From a bacterium (GTDB taxonomy: Bacteria; CLD3; SB21), in NCBI GenBank assembly GCA_013360215.1, contig JABWCP010000003.1, forward strand, positions 124,001 through 188,000: a DNA stretch of 64,000 bases. The letters are read 5' to 3'. The notes below the pieces were generated by a model. It made no database searches, was not told the origin of the DNA, and saw nothing but the letters and a program-made list of their open reading frames with translations. Shown here piece by piece: positions 9,227 to 18,091 of this stretch (its first letter is position 1; each line of letters starts with the position of its first letter). The translations under genes were made by a program, and so were the position numbers.

Positions 9227-9318
9227 TAAGCTGCCAATGCCTCATTAAGTTCCAGAATCAGTTCATCTATATTATCGCCGAATAATTGCCACGCTTTAGC
9301 AAGCCCGCCGCGGTCCAC
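9226..9318 (-). repeat. Second copy of the last 31 codons of hsdR
   Basis: 93 bp matching 9974-10066 with 15 mismatches; encodes VDRGGLAKAWQLFGDNIDELILELNEALAA*; its TAG overlaps the hsdS GTG. Confidence 0.95.
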
Positions 9319-9348
9319 TTCACGGTTCGACTTCGCTCACCGTGAAGT
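9317..9348 (+). repeat. REP-like palindrome
   Basis: ACTTCACGGT-TCGACTTCGCTC-ACCGTGAAGT: 10-bp stem around the conserved core. Confidence 0.9.
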
Positions 9349-9550
9349 TAAGTACACTAGTCGATGAATCCAACGCTCACCGTGAAGTTAAGTACACTAG
9401 TCGATGAATCCAACGCTCACCGTGAAGTTAAGTACACTAGTCGATGAATCCAACGCTCACCGTGAAATTAAGTACACTAGTCGATGAATCCAACGCTCAC
9501 CGTGAAGTTAAGTACACTAGTCGATGAATCCAACGCTCACCGTAAAGTTA
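9334..9550. repeat. 40-bp tandem repeat, 5 full copies plus a partial
   Basis: Unit CGCTCACCGTGAAGTTAAGTACACTAGTCGATGAATCCAA, head to tail, no spacers; one substitution in copy 4. Confidence 0.97.
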
Positions 9551-9859
9551 CAACTTTTTTGCATAATGTGTCTCATTCCTGCATTTCGCTAATTCATGCA
9601 ACAATTCAAAATCACCTTTGATGAGCGCTTCCTTCTTTGCCCGTGACCAGCGCTTGATCTGGCGTTCTACCGAAATTGCTTCTATATACGTAGGAAATCC
9701 CTGCGACCACACCAATTTCACCGGCCTGCGTGTTGATGTGTATCCCCTGTATACCCCGTTCTGATGTTCCCACAAACGAAGCTCCACTTTCTTGTCGGTC
9801 TTACCGGTGTAGTAACTGTTGTCGGAGCATTGTAATATATATACTGTAGAGACATCCAT
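9548..9859 (-). CDS. Small GIY-YIG nuclease (UPF0213/YhbQ-like)
   Basis: VYILQCSDNSYYTG, RLWEHQNG, YTSTRRPVKLVW, EAISVERQIKRWSRAKKEALI. Confidence 0.92.
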   Translation of the reverse strand: MDVSTVYILQCSDNSYYTGKTDKKVELRLWEHQNGVYRGYTSTRRPVKLVWSQGFPTYIEAISVERQIKRWSRAKKEALIKGDFELLHELAKCRNETHYAKKL

Positions 9860-9872
9860 TTTTTTATCTTCT

Positions 9873-9973
9873 CCCTTCGACTTCTTCCTCGACTTCGCTC
9901 GGAATGAAGTCGGGGTGAAGTTATTTTTTTATTCCAAAAAGCTTCATGGTGAGCGAAGTCGAACCATGAAGCT
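9873..9973. repeat. Two REP-like palindromes upstream of the GIY-YIG gene (one nested, one inverted)
   Basis: CCCTTCGACTTC[TTCCTCGACTTCGCTCGGAATGAAGTC]GGGGTGAAG and AGCTTCATGGT-GAGCGAAGTCGA-ACCATGAAGCT (9940-9973). Confidence 0.85.
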
Positions 9974-12763
9974 CTAGGCAGCTAATGCCTCATTAAGTTC
10001 CTGAATTAGATTATCAATATTATCCCCGAATAATTGCCACGCTTTGGCGAGGCCTCCGCGATCTACGAAGGGCGAGAGATCGAAGTCGTTCTTTTCGATA
10101 TGCACCGACGCGGCGACGTAGTCTTTGATCATACGAAGCCATTCCATCTGCTCCGCATTGAATTTGATCGTGCCTTCCTGTTTTTTGAAGGCCCATTTCT
10201 GGAAATTGCGATTCACCGTTTCGTCGAAGGCCGTGAGCTTTTCGTCGATCCCGATGGCGTGCCTTACGAGCGAAACGAGCGCGATGAGTTCGCTTTTGGG
10301 CTGATCGCCTTTGCTTTTCTCGAGCTGTTCATACGCCTGCCAGAGCCGCGCGGGGGCCAGCTGGGGTTTCCTCATTTTGAGTACCTCGACTAATTCTTTG
10401 ATCATGGCGAAAGTGAGTTCACGCCGCCGGTACGGCTGAGCGTAGAATATCTGCAAGGCTGTGATGGTGTCCCTATTCGTTTCGAGAAATGTTTTGAATT
10501 CCTGCACGAGTTCCGCCGCTTTGCCTTGGGCGTCTTTGTCCCATTCTGCGGCGAGCACGGTATCGAGATTGACATTGTCGATGATCTGGTTGTGCATTTT
10601 GCGGATATTTTCTACGCGTTCGCGGAAGTCCGGGTTTTGAAAAACGTGTGTGGCTTCGGTGACGAGTTCGGCTTTTGCTTTCTCTTCCATCTCCTTCATG
10701 CTGAGCGTAGTCGAAGCATGAAGGTCCTTCGCCTCCCCCTCGACTCCGATCGGGATGAGGCTCATGGCGAGGGCGCGCTCATGAATCACGTCGGGATCGT
10801 AAGACTGAAGAAGGGATTTGACGATGGAATTGAGTTTCTCTCCGCCGCTTGCGCCGGCGAGCTGATCCCGCTCCGCGGGCGTGATCTGTTTATCTAATCG
10901 CGTGAGCCGATTGGCCAGCGAGGTCACGGTATTCTCGTCGGTCGTACCCATGACGACGTGCATCATCAGGTCGCGCAGGGAAATTCCGGGATTGCGCTCC
11001 AGCGGGCGGCTGTCGGTCTTCATCGACTTGCATACGCCGACCGCATCGACGATGACGAAATGGGTCTTATTGGATCGGGCCGACGGCGTGACCTTTCGAA
11101 GATCGTCCTCGGACAGCGTGCGCGTGCCGCGCCCTTTCATCTGCTCGAAGTAACTGCGCGAGCGTACGTCACGCATGAAGAGCAGGCATTCGATAGGCTT
11201 GACGTCCGTTCCGGTGGCGATCATATCCACCGTCACCGCGATGCGCGGGTAAAAGGCCGTGCGGAATTGCTGAAGCACTTCCGAAGGTTTTTCGTCTTTG
11301 ACAGAATAGGTCACCTTTTTGCAGAAGGCATTGCCTTCGGCGAATTCTTCTCTCACGATCTGAATAATATCGTCCGCATGGCTGTCGGACTTGGCGAAGA
11401 TCAGCGTCTTGGGCGCTTCCTCGCGCCCGGGAAATATCTCCGTTCTGAGTTTTTCTTTGAAGGTGCGAATGATCGTACGGATCTGGTCTTTATTGACCAC
11501 ATCGCGATCGAGCTGGGTCGGTTCGTAGATCACCTCTTCGTCCATTTCCTCCCAGGTCTGCCTGCGCGTTTTGCGGTCGCGCGTTTCGATCCATTGTTTC
11601 GCGATCACACCGCCTTTGCGCGTCACTTCCGTATCGATGGTGTAGACATCGTATCCGACATTCACATTATCCGCGACGGCCTGCTCGTGCGTGTATTCGC
11701 TGACCACGTTCTTATTGAAGAACGCATACGTGCGCACGTCCGGCGTGGCGGTGAGGCCTACATAGAACGCGTCGAAATAATCCAGAACCTGTTTCCATAA
11801 ATTATAGATCGAGCGGTGGCATTCGTCCACGACGATCACGTCGAAAGTTTCTATCGGCACGTCGGTATTGTACGCCACGTCTTTGGGGCGTTCGGCCTGT
11901 TTGATCTCATTGAGCGAAGTCTCTTCCACCGATTCGTCCATCTCTTCCCCGCGCAGAATGGAATACATACGCTGGATCGTGCTGATGCAGACGTGGCTGG
12001 CGGAATCGATGTACGACGAGCGCAGGCGCTGGACGTTGTAGAGTTCGGTGAATTTTCTCTGATCGTCATTGGGTTTGAAAGCCTGGAATTCTTGTTCCGC
12101 CTGCTCGCCGAGATTGCGCGTATCCACGAGGAACAATATCCTCCGCGCCCCGGCAAATTTGAGCAGCCGGTAAACCGACGTGATGGCGGTGAAGGTTTTA
12201 CCGGAACCCGTCGCCATTTGCACCAGCGCTTTCGGGCGATTGTCCGCAAATGAGAGTTCCAGATTCTGAATGGCGCGTAACTGGCAATCGCGCAGTCCGT
12301 CGGGATTGAGCGGCGAAATATGCCGGAGTCTTTTTCTAAATGTGTCGGATTGTTTGAGTAATTCTCTGAGCGTTTCCGGTTTGTGAAAAGCGAAAACTTC
12401 GCGCGCGCGGGGTTTGGGATCGCGCAGGTCGGTGAAATGCGTGATCGCGCCGGTGCTTTCGTAGAGGAACGGCAGCACTTTGCCTTCTTTTTTCCATTTG
12501 AGTTGGCCAGTGGCGTAGCGGTAGGACTGTTCCTCCACGGCGCTTAGCAGTTCCCCTTTTTCTTCGGATTTCGCTTCGATCACGCCGACGGGTTCACGAT
12601 CCACAAACAAAATATAATCCGCCGGGCCGCTGTCCGTCGGATATTCACGAATGGCGATACCGGTTCCTGCCGACAAGTCAAGGCGCTTCCTATCTTGCAC
12701 AACCCAGCAGGATCGTACCAACATGCGATCTATGATGTCACGTGCGCGTTGCTCAGGCGTCAT
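9974..12763 (-). CDS. hsdR: Type I R-M restriction subunit (EcoEI-R-type C-terminus)
   Basis: Nuclease motif ADYILF...VIEAK, Walker A MATGSGKT, DECHRS, GLTATP, QMKGRGTR; ATG MTPEQ at 12763 preferred. Confidence 0.96.
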   Translation of the reverse strand: MTPEQRARDIIDRMLVRSCWVVQDRKRLDLSAGTGIAIREYPTDSGPADYILFVDREPVGVIEAKSEEKGELLSAVEEQSYRYATGQLKWKKEGKVLPFLYESTGAITHFTDLRDPKPRAREVFAFHKPETLRELLKQSDTFRKRLRHISPLNPDGLRDCQLRAIQNLELSFADNRPKALVQMATGSGKTFTAITSVYRLLKFAGARRILFLVDTRNLGEQAEQEFQAFKPNDDQRKFTELYNVQRLRSSYIDSASHVCISTIQRMYSILRGEEMDESVEETSLNEIKQAERPKDVAYNTDVPIETFDVIVVDECHRSIYNLWKQVLDYFDAFYVGLTATPDVRTYAFFNKNVVSEYTHEQAVADNVNVGYDVYTIDTEVTRKGGVIAKQWIETRDRKTRRQTWEEMDEEVIYEPTQLDRDVVNKDQIRTIIRTFKEKLRTEIFPGREEAPKTLIFAKSDSHADDIIQIVREEFAEGNAFCKKVTYSVKDEKPSEVLQQFRTAFYPRIAVTVDMIATGTDVKPIECLLFMRDVRSRSYFEQMKGRGTRTLSEDDLRKVTPSARSNKTHFVIVDAVGVCKSMKTDSRPLERNPGISLRDLMMHVVMGTTDENTVTSLANRLTRLDKQITPAERDQLAGASGGEKLNSIVKSLLQSYDPDVIHERALAMSLIPIGVEGEAKDLHASTTLSMKEMEEKAKAELVTEATHVFQNPDFRERVENIRKMHNQIIDNVNLDTVLAAEWDKDAQGKAAELVQEFKTFLETNRDTITALQIFYAQPYRRRELTFAMIKELVEVLKMRKPQLAPARLWQAYEQLEKSKGDQPKSELIALVSLVRHAIGIDEKLTAFDETVNRNFQKWAFKKQEGTIKFNAEQMEWLRMIKDYVAASVHIEKNDFDLSPFVDRGGLAKAWQLFGDNIDNLIQELNEALAA
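10693..10772. repeat. REP-like palindromic element inserted in frame in hsdR
   Basis: CCTTCATGCT-GAGCGTAGTCGA-AGCATGAAGG (10693-10724) plus adjacent TCGACTCCGATC core; translated as ...MSLIPIGVEGEAKDLHASTTLSMK. Confidence 0.8.
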
Positions 12764-12990
12764 ACATTTATTGATTCGTGAAAGGTACAATGAAGAGATT
12801 TCAGTGCATGAAAAACTAACGCATGCTTACATGGGATGCAAGAGGAAGATACTATTTCTTAACCTCATAATACCAACACCGCATTGTACAAATACACCTT
12901 GTATTAATTGACGCATTTACCGGGTTGGCTCACAAATGAAAGAAAACCTTTCCGTCTGAGCGAAGACGAAAACTGATTGTACTAAATCTG

Positions 12991-13018
12991 GTCATGGTTC
13001 GACTCCGCTCACCATGAC
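12991..13018 (+). repeat. REP-like palindrome upstream of hsdR
   Basis: GTCATGGT-TCGACTCCGCTC-ACCATGAC; a degenerate core CTGAGCGAAGACGAA lies nearby at about 12956-12970. Confidence 0.88.
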
Positions 13019-13216
13019 GAATGTGAGACATCTCAATAAAGATATTAATTTATCTACCCCGGAATTTATAAACTCTTATCATAATCGGAAGTTTGAGCAA
13101 ACCGTTAAAATTACTGATTGACATCCAATAGAATACCCAACTTACAACTGACGAAATTTACCTATCGACACATTTTCCTAAATCTTCATTACATCATATG
13201 AAAGGAGGTGTAGAGG

Positions 13217-13369
13217 GTGCCCGATGATTACGAATATACCCAGGATGATCTGGACAATCACGCTAACCAACTCAATCCGGAATGCGATGAGTATTGGTAG
13301 AGCCGAGGTTAAGATAAACGCTCGGATGATTGGGAGGAGCGACTTGAAAATGAACAGAATGACGATTAA
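13217..13369 (+). pseudogene. Small acidic protein gene with two in-frame stops
   Basis: RBS AAGGAGGT, then GTG: MPDDYEYTQDDLDNHANQLNPECDEYW*SRG*DKRSDDWEERLENEQNDD*; terminator follows the final stop. Confidence 0.6.
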
Positions 13370-13398
13370 AAAAAACCGACTAAACGCCGGTTTTTTTT
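13368..13398. terminator. Bidirectional intrinsic terminator
   Basis: A8-CCG...CGG-T8 hairpin between convergent genes. Confidence 0.6.
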
Positions 13399-13518
13399 AA
13401 ACACTATCTTCAAGATAAATATATATTTTTAGCGCTCTTAAATGCCATACTTTTGTTTTTTGTGCAGTACTATGATCATTATCATAAGAAAGATACCTTC
13501 AAAATATTTGCTTATGAA

Positions 13519-14628
13519 TCAACCGGTAATTCGTAGTCCAAAAGTTATCAACCAGAATTTTTTTTGGCTTTTAAACTGTCCATTGGGATTAGCTCCCCTA
13601 TATCCCCTAAAGTATATTTCACTGAGTGACTTTGGAATTTGAGATGTATTTTGATGTGAGGTAAATCTATACCCGACGATAAGGCTATGCGAAAAACGTT
13701 GCTCTGACTCTAAGTTATGATAATTGTAGATATTCACCCTTGTTGACGAGATGGCTAGGAAGTTTAAAAATTGCAGATTTTTTTTATAAAAATCAGCTAG
13801 AAAATATGTCTCAGGCTTGGCATCACTTACATATACCGTGGTGTCTTGCCCAAGAACCTTTTCATGATAATAACCAAGCTTTCTCCCGCCTAATCGTCGA
13901 GTTTGGCCAACTCCAAGTTGCACATGTCCATCGTCGCCTGCATCGTCGCCTGCATTGAAATAAAGAAATAAGAGTGCATCGTAAACTTCATAACTGACGT
14001 TTACGCGTCTAAATTGTTTTGAGCTGGAAGAATCTGTTAAGACGAATATAGTATATTCGTCTCCAAGATGACTGCTATTGTGTAGCCAAGGAACCAATCT
14101 AATACCTATACCAGGAAACCTTAACCATTGCCCATACGATCCGCGGTCCTTGTTCTCCCAAAGAATTTTGATCATCGTTCCAAACCGATAATCTGTATTT
14201 AAAACAGGGCTGGATTTACCTTCTATATCCCATAAAAGATGAAAACTGACTGGAATAAAAAACCCACACTTGAATGATGAGCTTGAGTACCCCATAATGG
14301 GTAATTCGCGCCCTAAAGAAATATCCATACCCAAAAAAGCTGTCTTTTTTTGAAATAAATGATGTTTAACCGCACTCGAATAAGGATAATGTTTGAAAAC
14401 GCCTAAATCAATTTTTGTATCCGCAGATCGAAGCTCAGAGATGAACGGAGGGAAAAACGCTTGATTCGTAAACTGCCAGAAACCTACCTCTTGTGCTGGT
14501 AAATTTCTAAAGTCAAACAAGATTAATACCACTATTAATAATCTAGTTCCGAATGACATTAAACGAGCAATACAGCCTTTGCATTGGTAGTGTTCACCGA
14601 GAAGTAAGTGTACATTATTCACTAACAT
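13519..14628 (-). CDS. DUF1207-like outer-membrane beta-barrel protein
   Basis: VLNTDYRFG, HNSSHLGDEY and RVNVSYE motifs; signal-peptide-like segment; terminal amphipathic strand. True start may be downstream. Confidence 0.65.
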   Translation of the reverse strand: MLVNNVHLLLGEHYQCKGCIARLMSFGTRLLIVVLILFDFRNLPAQEVGFWQFTNQAFFPPFISELRSADTKIDLGVFKHYPYSSAVKHHLFQKKTAFLGMDISLGRELPIMGYSSSSFKCGFFIPVSFHLLWDIEGKSSPVLNTDYRFGTMIKILWENKDRGSYGQWLRFPGIGIRLVPWLHNSSHLGDEYTIFVLTDSSSSKQFRRVNVSYEVYDALLFLYFNAGDDAGDDGHVQLGVGQTRRLGGRKLGYYHEKVLGQDTTVYVSDAKPETYFLADFYKKNLQFLNFLAISSTRVNIYNYHNLESEQRFSHSLIVGYRFTSHQNTSQIPKSLSEIYFRGYRGANPNGQFKSQKKFWLITFGLRITG

Positions 14629-14718
14629 GTGCCACCTAAGTGATTTATAAAAATATTTTGGCGAACTCTAAGTAGAAATAGGTCAATTGATCCTACGCAT
14701 TTTTATAGTTTTAAAAAC

Positions 14719-15507
14719 TTATTGTACGACTTTAACTAATTGTACGCTCACCGTTAACGGGTATTTTGCAAATGCTTGTGTTGGCCCCATAAATGGCTTA
14801 GATGCCGATACACGAATTAGCGAAACAAGATCGAGTCCGATCACCCACTTTCCAAAATAGAAACCTTTATTCTGTTCACTACGCCCCAGATTCTGATGAA
14901 ATTTACGATCACCATCAACATAACTCACTCGCGTTATGCTAAAAAACTTGAATTTCTCCGACACTGTGACAGCGGAAAGATGCAGTTCACCTCCAATGTC
15001 ATTGTTATACGTAAAATGCTCAGCCGATGAATTTAGTGCAGGAAAATCCCATGCAAATTTCGGGAGAAAGAACACATCTAACCGCCGTGATTCTGATTTT
15101 CCATAAGTAATCAAGGGCAAAGCAAGATACATGATCGCATTGCCTCCCGTACTGAAAAACCGTTGAGCTGAAGCTTTCGTCGTATCGTTACCGGCATCAA
15201 TCTGGGCGCCAAAACCAACTTTAGCATATCCTAGCTTCGGCATATATAAATAATCACTGATAAATTCGGCGTACAGGGAACTGCGATCATCTGTGAATGC
15301 AAATTGTATATTCTCACCGGTTGATAACGACAAGGAACCAAAATAATTTTTCGCTATCGTTGTGTCGCCCTGCGCCGGAAATATGTGTTTTTTATTTTGT
15401 GGCGGAGAGCCTGGTTCCGTTTTTTTGGTGGGGACTAAGGACATTACACTTTGCGACCAAAGCAGTGAGCTGAAAGAGAAAATCAACAAAAGTGCTTTAG
15501 TTAACAT
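14719..15507 (-). CDS. Exported hypothetical protein, beta-strand rich (possible outer-membrane protein)
   Basis: Signal peptide MLTKALLLIFSFSSLLWSQ; alternating hydrophobic strands. Confidence 0.6.
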   Translation of the reverse strand: MLTKALLLIFSFSSLLWSQSVMSLVPTKKTEPGSPPQNKKHIFPAQGDTTIAKNYFGSLSLSTGENIQFAFTDDRSSLYAEFISDYLYMPKLGYAKVGFGAQIDAGNDTTKASAQRFFSTGGNAIMYLALPLITYGKSESRRLDVFFLPKFAWDFPALNSSAEHFTYNNDIGGELHLSAVTVSEKFKFFSITRVSYVDGDRKFHQNLGRSEQNKGFYFGKWVIGLDLVSLIRVSASKPFMGPTQAFAKYPLTVSVQLVKVVQ

Positions 15508-16129
15508 AAAATTACCCTTTCACCGAATTATAGAATGCTAAATGGTTAAACGTGATTTAAAATATACTAGAATAACCAGTCTGTTGTTGTTTACTGATGA
15601 TATAAATTGCGTACAGATCAATGACATGATTTTAAAGATCATCTTTCAAAGATTGTTCGATAGACTTGCAAAAACAAATTGTTGTGTGTAAAAAGAGAAC
15701 GAAACAATATCCGAATTACAAAAATTCAATAGTTATGATTTGAAATCATACGATTTTGCTATTGTAATTGTCTACAAATAATAAGGTAAGCTTTACCAAC
15801 CGCGCCCGTTGATACAATCAATGTAAAATGTGATCAAAATTCATACTTGGAGTCCTTACAAATACATTTATAGAACGCGAGTCCTTACTATTGTGTTCTA
15901 AAAATTCGTGAACCTTTTCGGTTGTTATTGTTAAATAAGATAGCGCTTCCCGAAAGCAAACGTCAAGGGAGAGAAACGCAGGAAGAAATCGCCGATGACG
16001 ATGGTATTCCAGATAATCGGACTGGAATATCGATATGCGACATTGACACTGGTGGGTATTATCTATATATTCTTTTTTTTCTCAAATTGTGTTATCCCAA
16101 ATAATAACCTTTTTCAGGAGGTTGCCGGT

Positions 16130-16453
16130 ATGAAGACCCCACACGACATCACGCTTGATGAAGCCAAACAATTTATCGCCAATCAACGCTCCCGCACGCA
16201 AGGAAACGTCGCTGTCGGTTCCCACTTCGGTCAAATGATCGGCGGAATGTTTTCCAAAGAAGCGCTTCAGAATCTTTTGAATCAATCCGGATGTACGGGA
16301 ATGCGATTTTATTTTGGTGCTAATAACAGCGGCCAGCCCGTGCTGGTTTTGGTCGGTGTGGATGGCTCAGGGAATGATATGACCGGCGGTGTGATGCTTG
16401 AACGTTGCCAACCACTGATGGCTAATCAGGCTAAAGGAGACTTAGGTCAATAA
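16130..16453 (+). CDS. Conserved small protein of the Bacteroidota-type small-protein/TM/kinase module
   Basis: RBS CAGGAGG before ATG 16130; ITLDEAK...LLNQSGCTGMRFYFG...LVLVGVD...GND pattern. Confidence 0.75.
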   Translation: MKTPHDITLDEAKQFIANQRSRTQGNVAVGSHFGQMIGGMFSKEALQNLLNQSGCTGMRFYFGANNSGQPVLVLVGVDGSGNDMTGGVMLERCQPLMANQAKGDLGQ

Positions 16454-17067
16454 TGCCGATCAGCAATATTTGGGTTACATTGGCCGATCTGATTCCAGTC
16501 TTGGGCGGCCTTTGGGCGATCAAACATCTTGGCAAAGGAATGCGGATTTTCTTTTTTTATTGCTTGATGGCTTTGCCTTTTGATTTGCTCAATCTCACCT
16601 TGCGTATCTATGAAATCAACAACTTCTGGGTATTACATGTTTTTACTTTATGCGAATACGCGCTTATAGCAGCAACACTCTCGGTTTGGGCCACCTCCGG
16701 TTTACAAAAATTAATACGTTTTTCAATTACCGGTTTTATCGTCGTATGGATTATCAGTAAGTTTTTTATCGAATCGTTTAGTACGTATGATAATTTTATG
16801 TCCACCACCGAGAGTGTTTTACTTATTATTTTGACGACCACCATATTGACGCGCTTGAGCACCCTCACAGAAAATTTCGACGAAGATCCGAGGTTTTGGG
16901 TATTGATCGCGTTATTATTCTATTTCGCGGGTAATTTTACGGTATTCGCACTCCGCAACTACCTGTATTTCTGGTATATTCACAATATCATACTGACCAT
17001 CACCAATATTCTCATATTTAAAGCCTTTTTATGCAGTCGCAATCCCCTGAACTCTGGCTTATACTGA
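16453..17067 (+). CDS. Polytopic (6-7 TM) membrane protein
   Basis: Hydrophobic throughout; NNFWVLHVFTLCEY and DPRFWVLIALLFYFAG; TAATG coupling with the upstream gene. Confidence 0.8.
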   Translation: MPISNIWVTLADLIPVLGGLWAIKHLGKGMRIFFFYCLMALPFDLLNLTLRIYEINNFWVLHVFTLCEYALIAATLSVWATSGLQKLIRFSITGFIVVWIISKFFIESFSTYDNFMSTTESVLLIILTTTILTRLSTLTENFDEDPRFWVLIALLFYFAGNFTVFALRNYLYFWYIHNIILTITNILIFKAFLCSRNPLNSGLY

Positions 17068-18086
17068 TATTCGGCATCGTCGCCTCTCTATCATTAGTAA
17101 TCGGTATCATAGCCATTATCATGATTTCTCAAAAGCGAATGATCGGTGCACAAGAAGAAAGACTGGCGGAGATCGAAAAACGTGAAAAAGAAAATCTTCG
17201 CTTGGTGGATGAACTAACGCGACTAAAAGCCACATTGGAAGAACGGGTAAAAAGTCGAACTGAAGAACTGGAGAATTCACTAGAAAAACTGAAACAGGCT
17301 CAGGCCCAACTGGTATTATCTGAAAAAATGGCTTCATTGGGTAGCCTGGTAGCAGGCACCGCGCACGAATTCAACAACCCGCTTTCTATTATTTCCGGAA
17401 ATCTTCGTTTTCTAGAAGAATATTTTGATTTTTACAAACGTGTACTTACCGCGTCGTCAGCCCAGTCCGTTCTTCAAAAAAACGATGCGACGTTGCATGA
17501 TGTAATTGCAGATTCTGAAAAAACATTGACCTCATGTACGCATGCTGTACAGCGTTTGGTCAAACTCGTCAATAGTTTGCGCCAATTTGCACATATTGAC
17601 GATGCCTCCATCACGGAAGTAAATATCCACGACGAACTGGATAATATTCTGCAGTTATCCGTGGTGTCTCGTTTTCCGGTGGTCCGAATTGAACGAAAGT
17701 ATTCCGGCCACGCGCAAATCGTATGTTACGCCGGCGATATGGTACAGGTATTGATGAATCTTCTCATCAACGCTTGCGAGTCTATCGAACGGCGAATTCA
17801 ACAGAATGCATTACCGCCCGGAGTACTGAGTATCGTGACTGAAAAAGCAGCGGAAGGCACACTTCGCATATCCGTAATAGATAATGGCAGTGGAATCGAC
17901 CCCTCGATACAAAACAGAATTTTTGATCCGTTTTTTTCCACAAAACCTATCGGCCAAGGTGTTGGGCTAAGTCTGGCTACGTCTTATCGTATCGTACAGA
18001 AGCACAATGGTCGTATGTATTTCCACACAACCCCCTCCCTGACTACATTTACTTTGGAATTACCAGTTTACCAAAAATCATTTTAG
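17031..18086 (+). CDS. Sensor histidine kinase (single N-terminal TM, coiled coil, NtrB-like core)
   Basis: SEKMASLGSLVAGTAHEFNNPL H-box, QVLMNLLINA N-box, DNGSGI, FDPFFSTK, GVGLSL. Confidence 0.92.
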   Translation: MQSQSPELWLILIFGIVASLSLVIGIIAIIMISQKRMIGAQEERLAEIEKREKENLRLVDELTRLKATLEERVKSRTEELENSLEKLKQAQAQLVLSEKMASLGSLVAGTAHEFNNPLSIISGNLRFLEEYFDFYKRVLTASSAQSVLQKNDATLHDVIADSEKTLTSCTHAVQRLVKLVNSLRQFAHIDDASITEVNIHDELDNILQLSVVSRFPVVRIERKYSGHAQIVCYAGDMVQVLMNLLINACESIERRIQQNALPPGVLSIVTEKAAEGTLRISVIDNGSGIDPSIQNRIFDPFFSTKPIGQGVGLSLATSYRIVQKHNGRMYFHTTPSLTTFTLELPVYQKSF

Positions 18087-18091
18087 CAAAA

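Noticed and set aside
9334-9550. Possible CRISPR array
   Set aside because: Units are contiguous and near-identical with no unique spacers, and there are no cas genes; it is a tandem repeat.
13217-13369. Stop-codon reassignment
   Set aside because: TAG and TAA terminate many clearly bounded genes in this window (for example hsdM, hsdR and the RND genes).
13929-13955. 12-bp tandem duplication (AGDD twice) in the DUF1207-like gene
   Set aside because: Short in-frame loop duplication with no wider significance evident.
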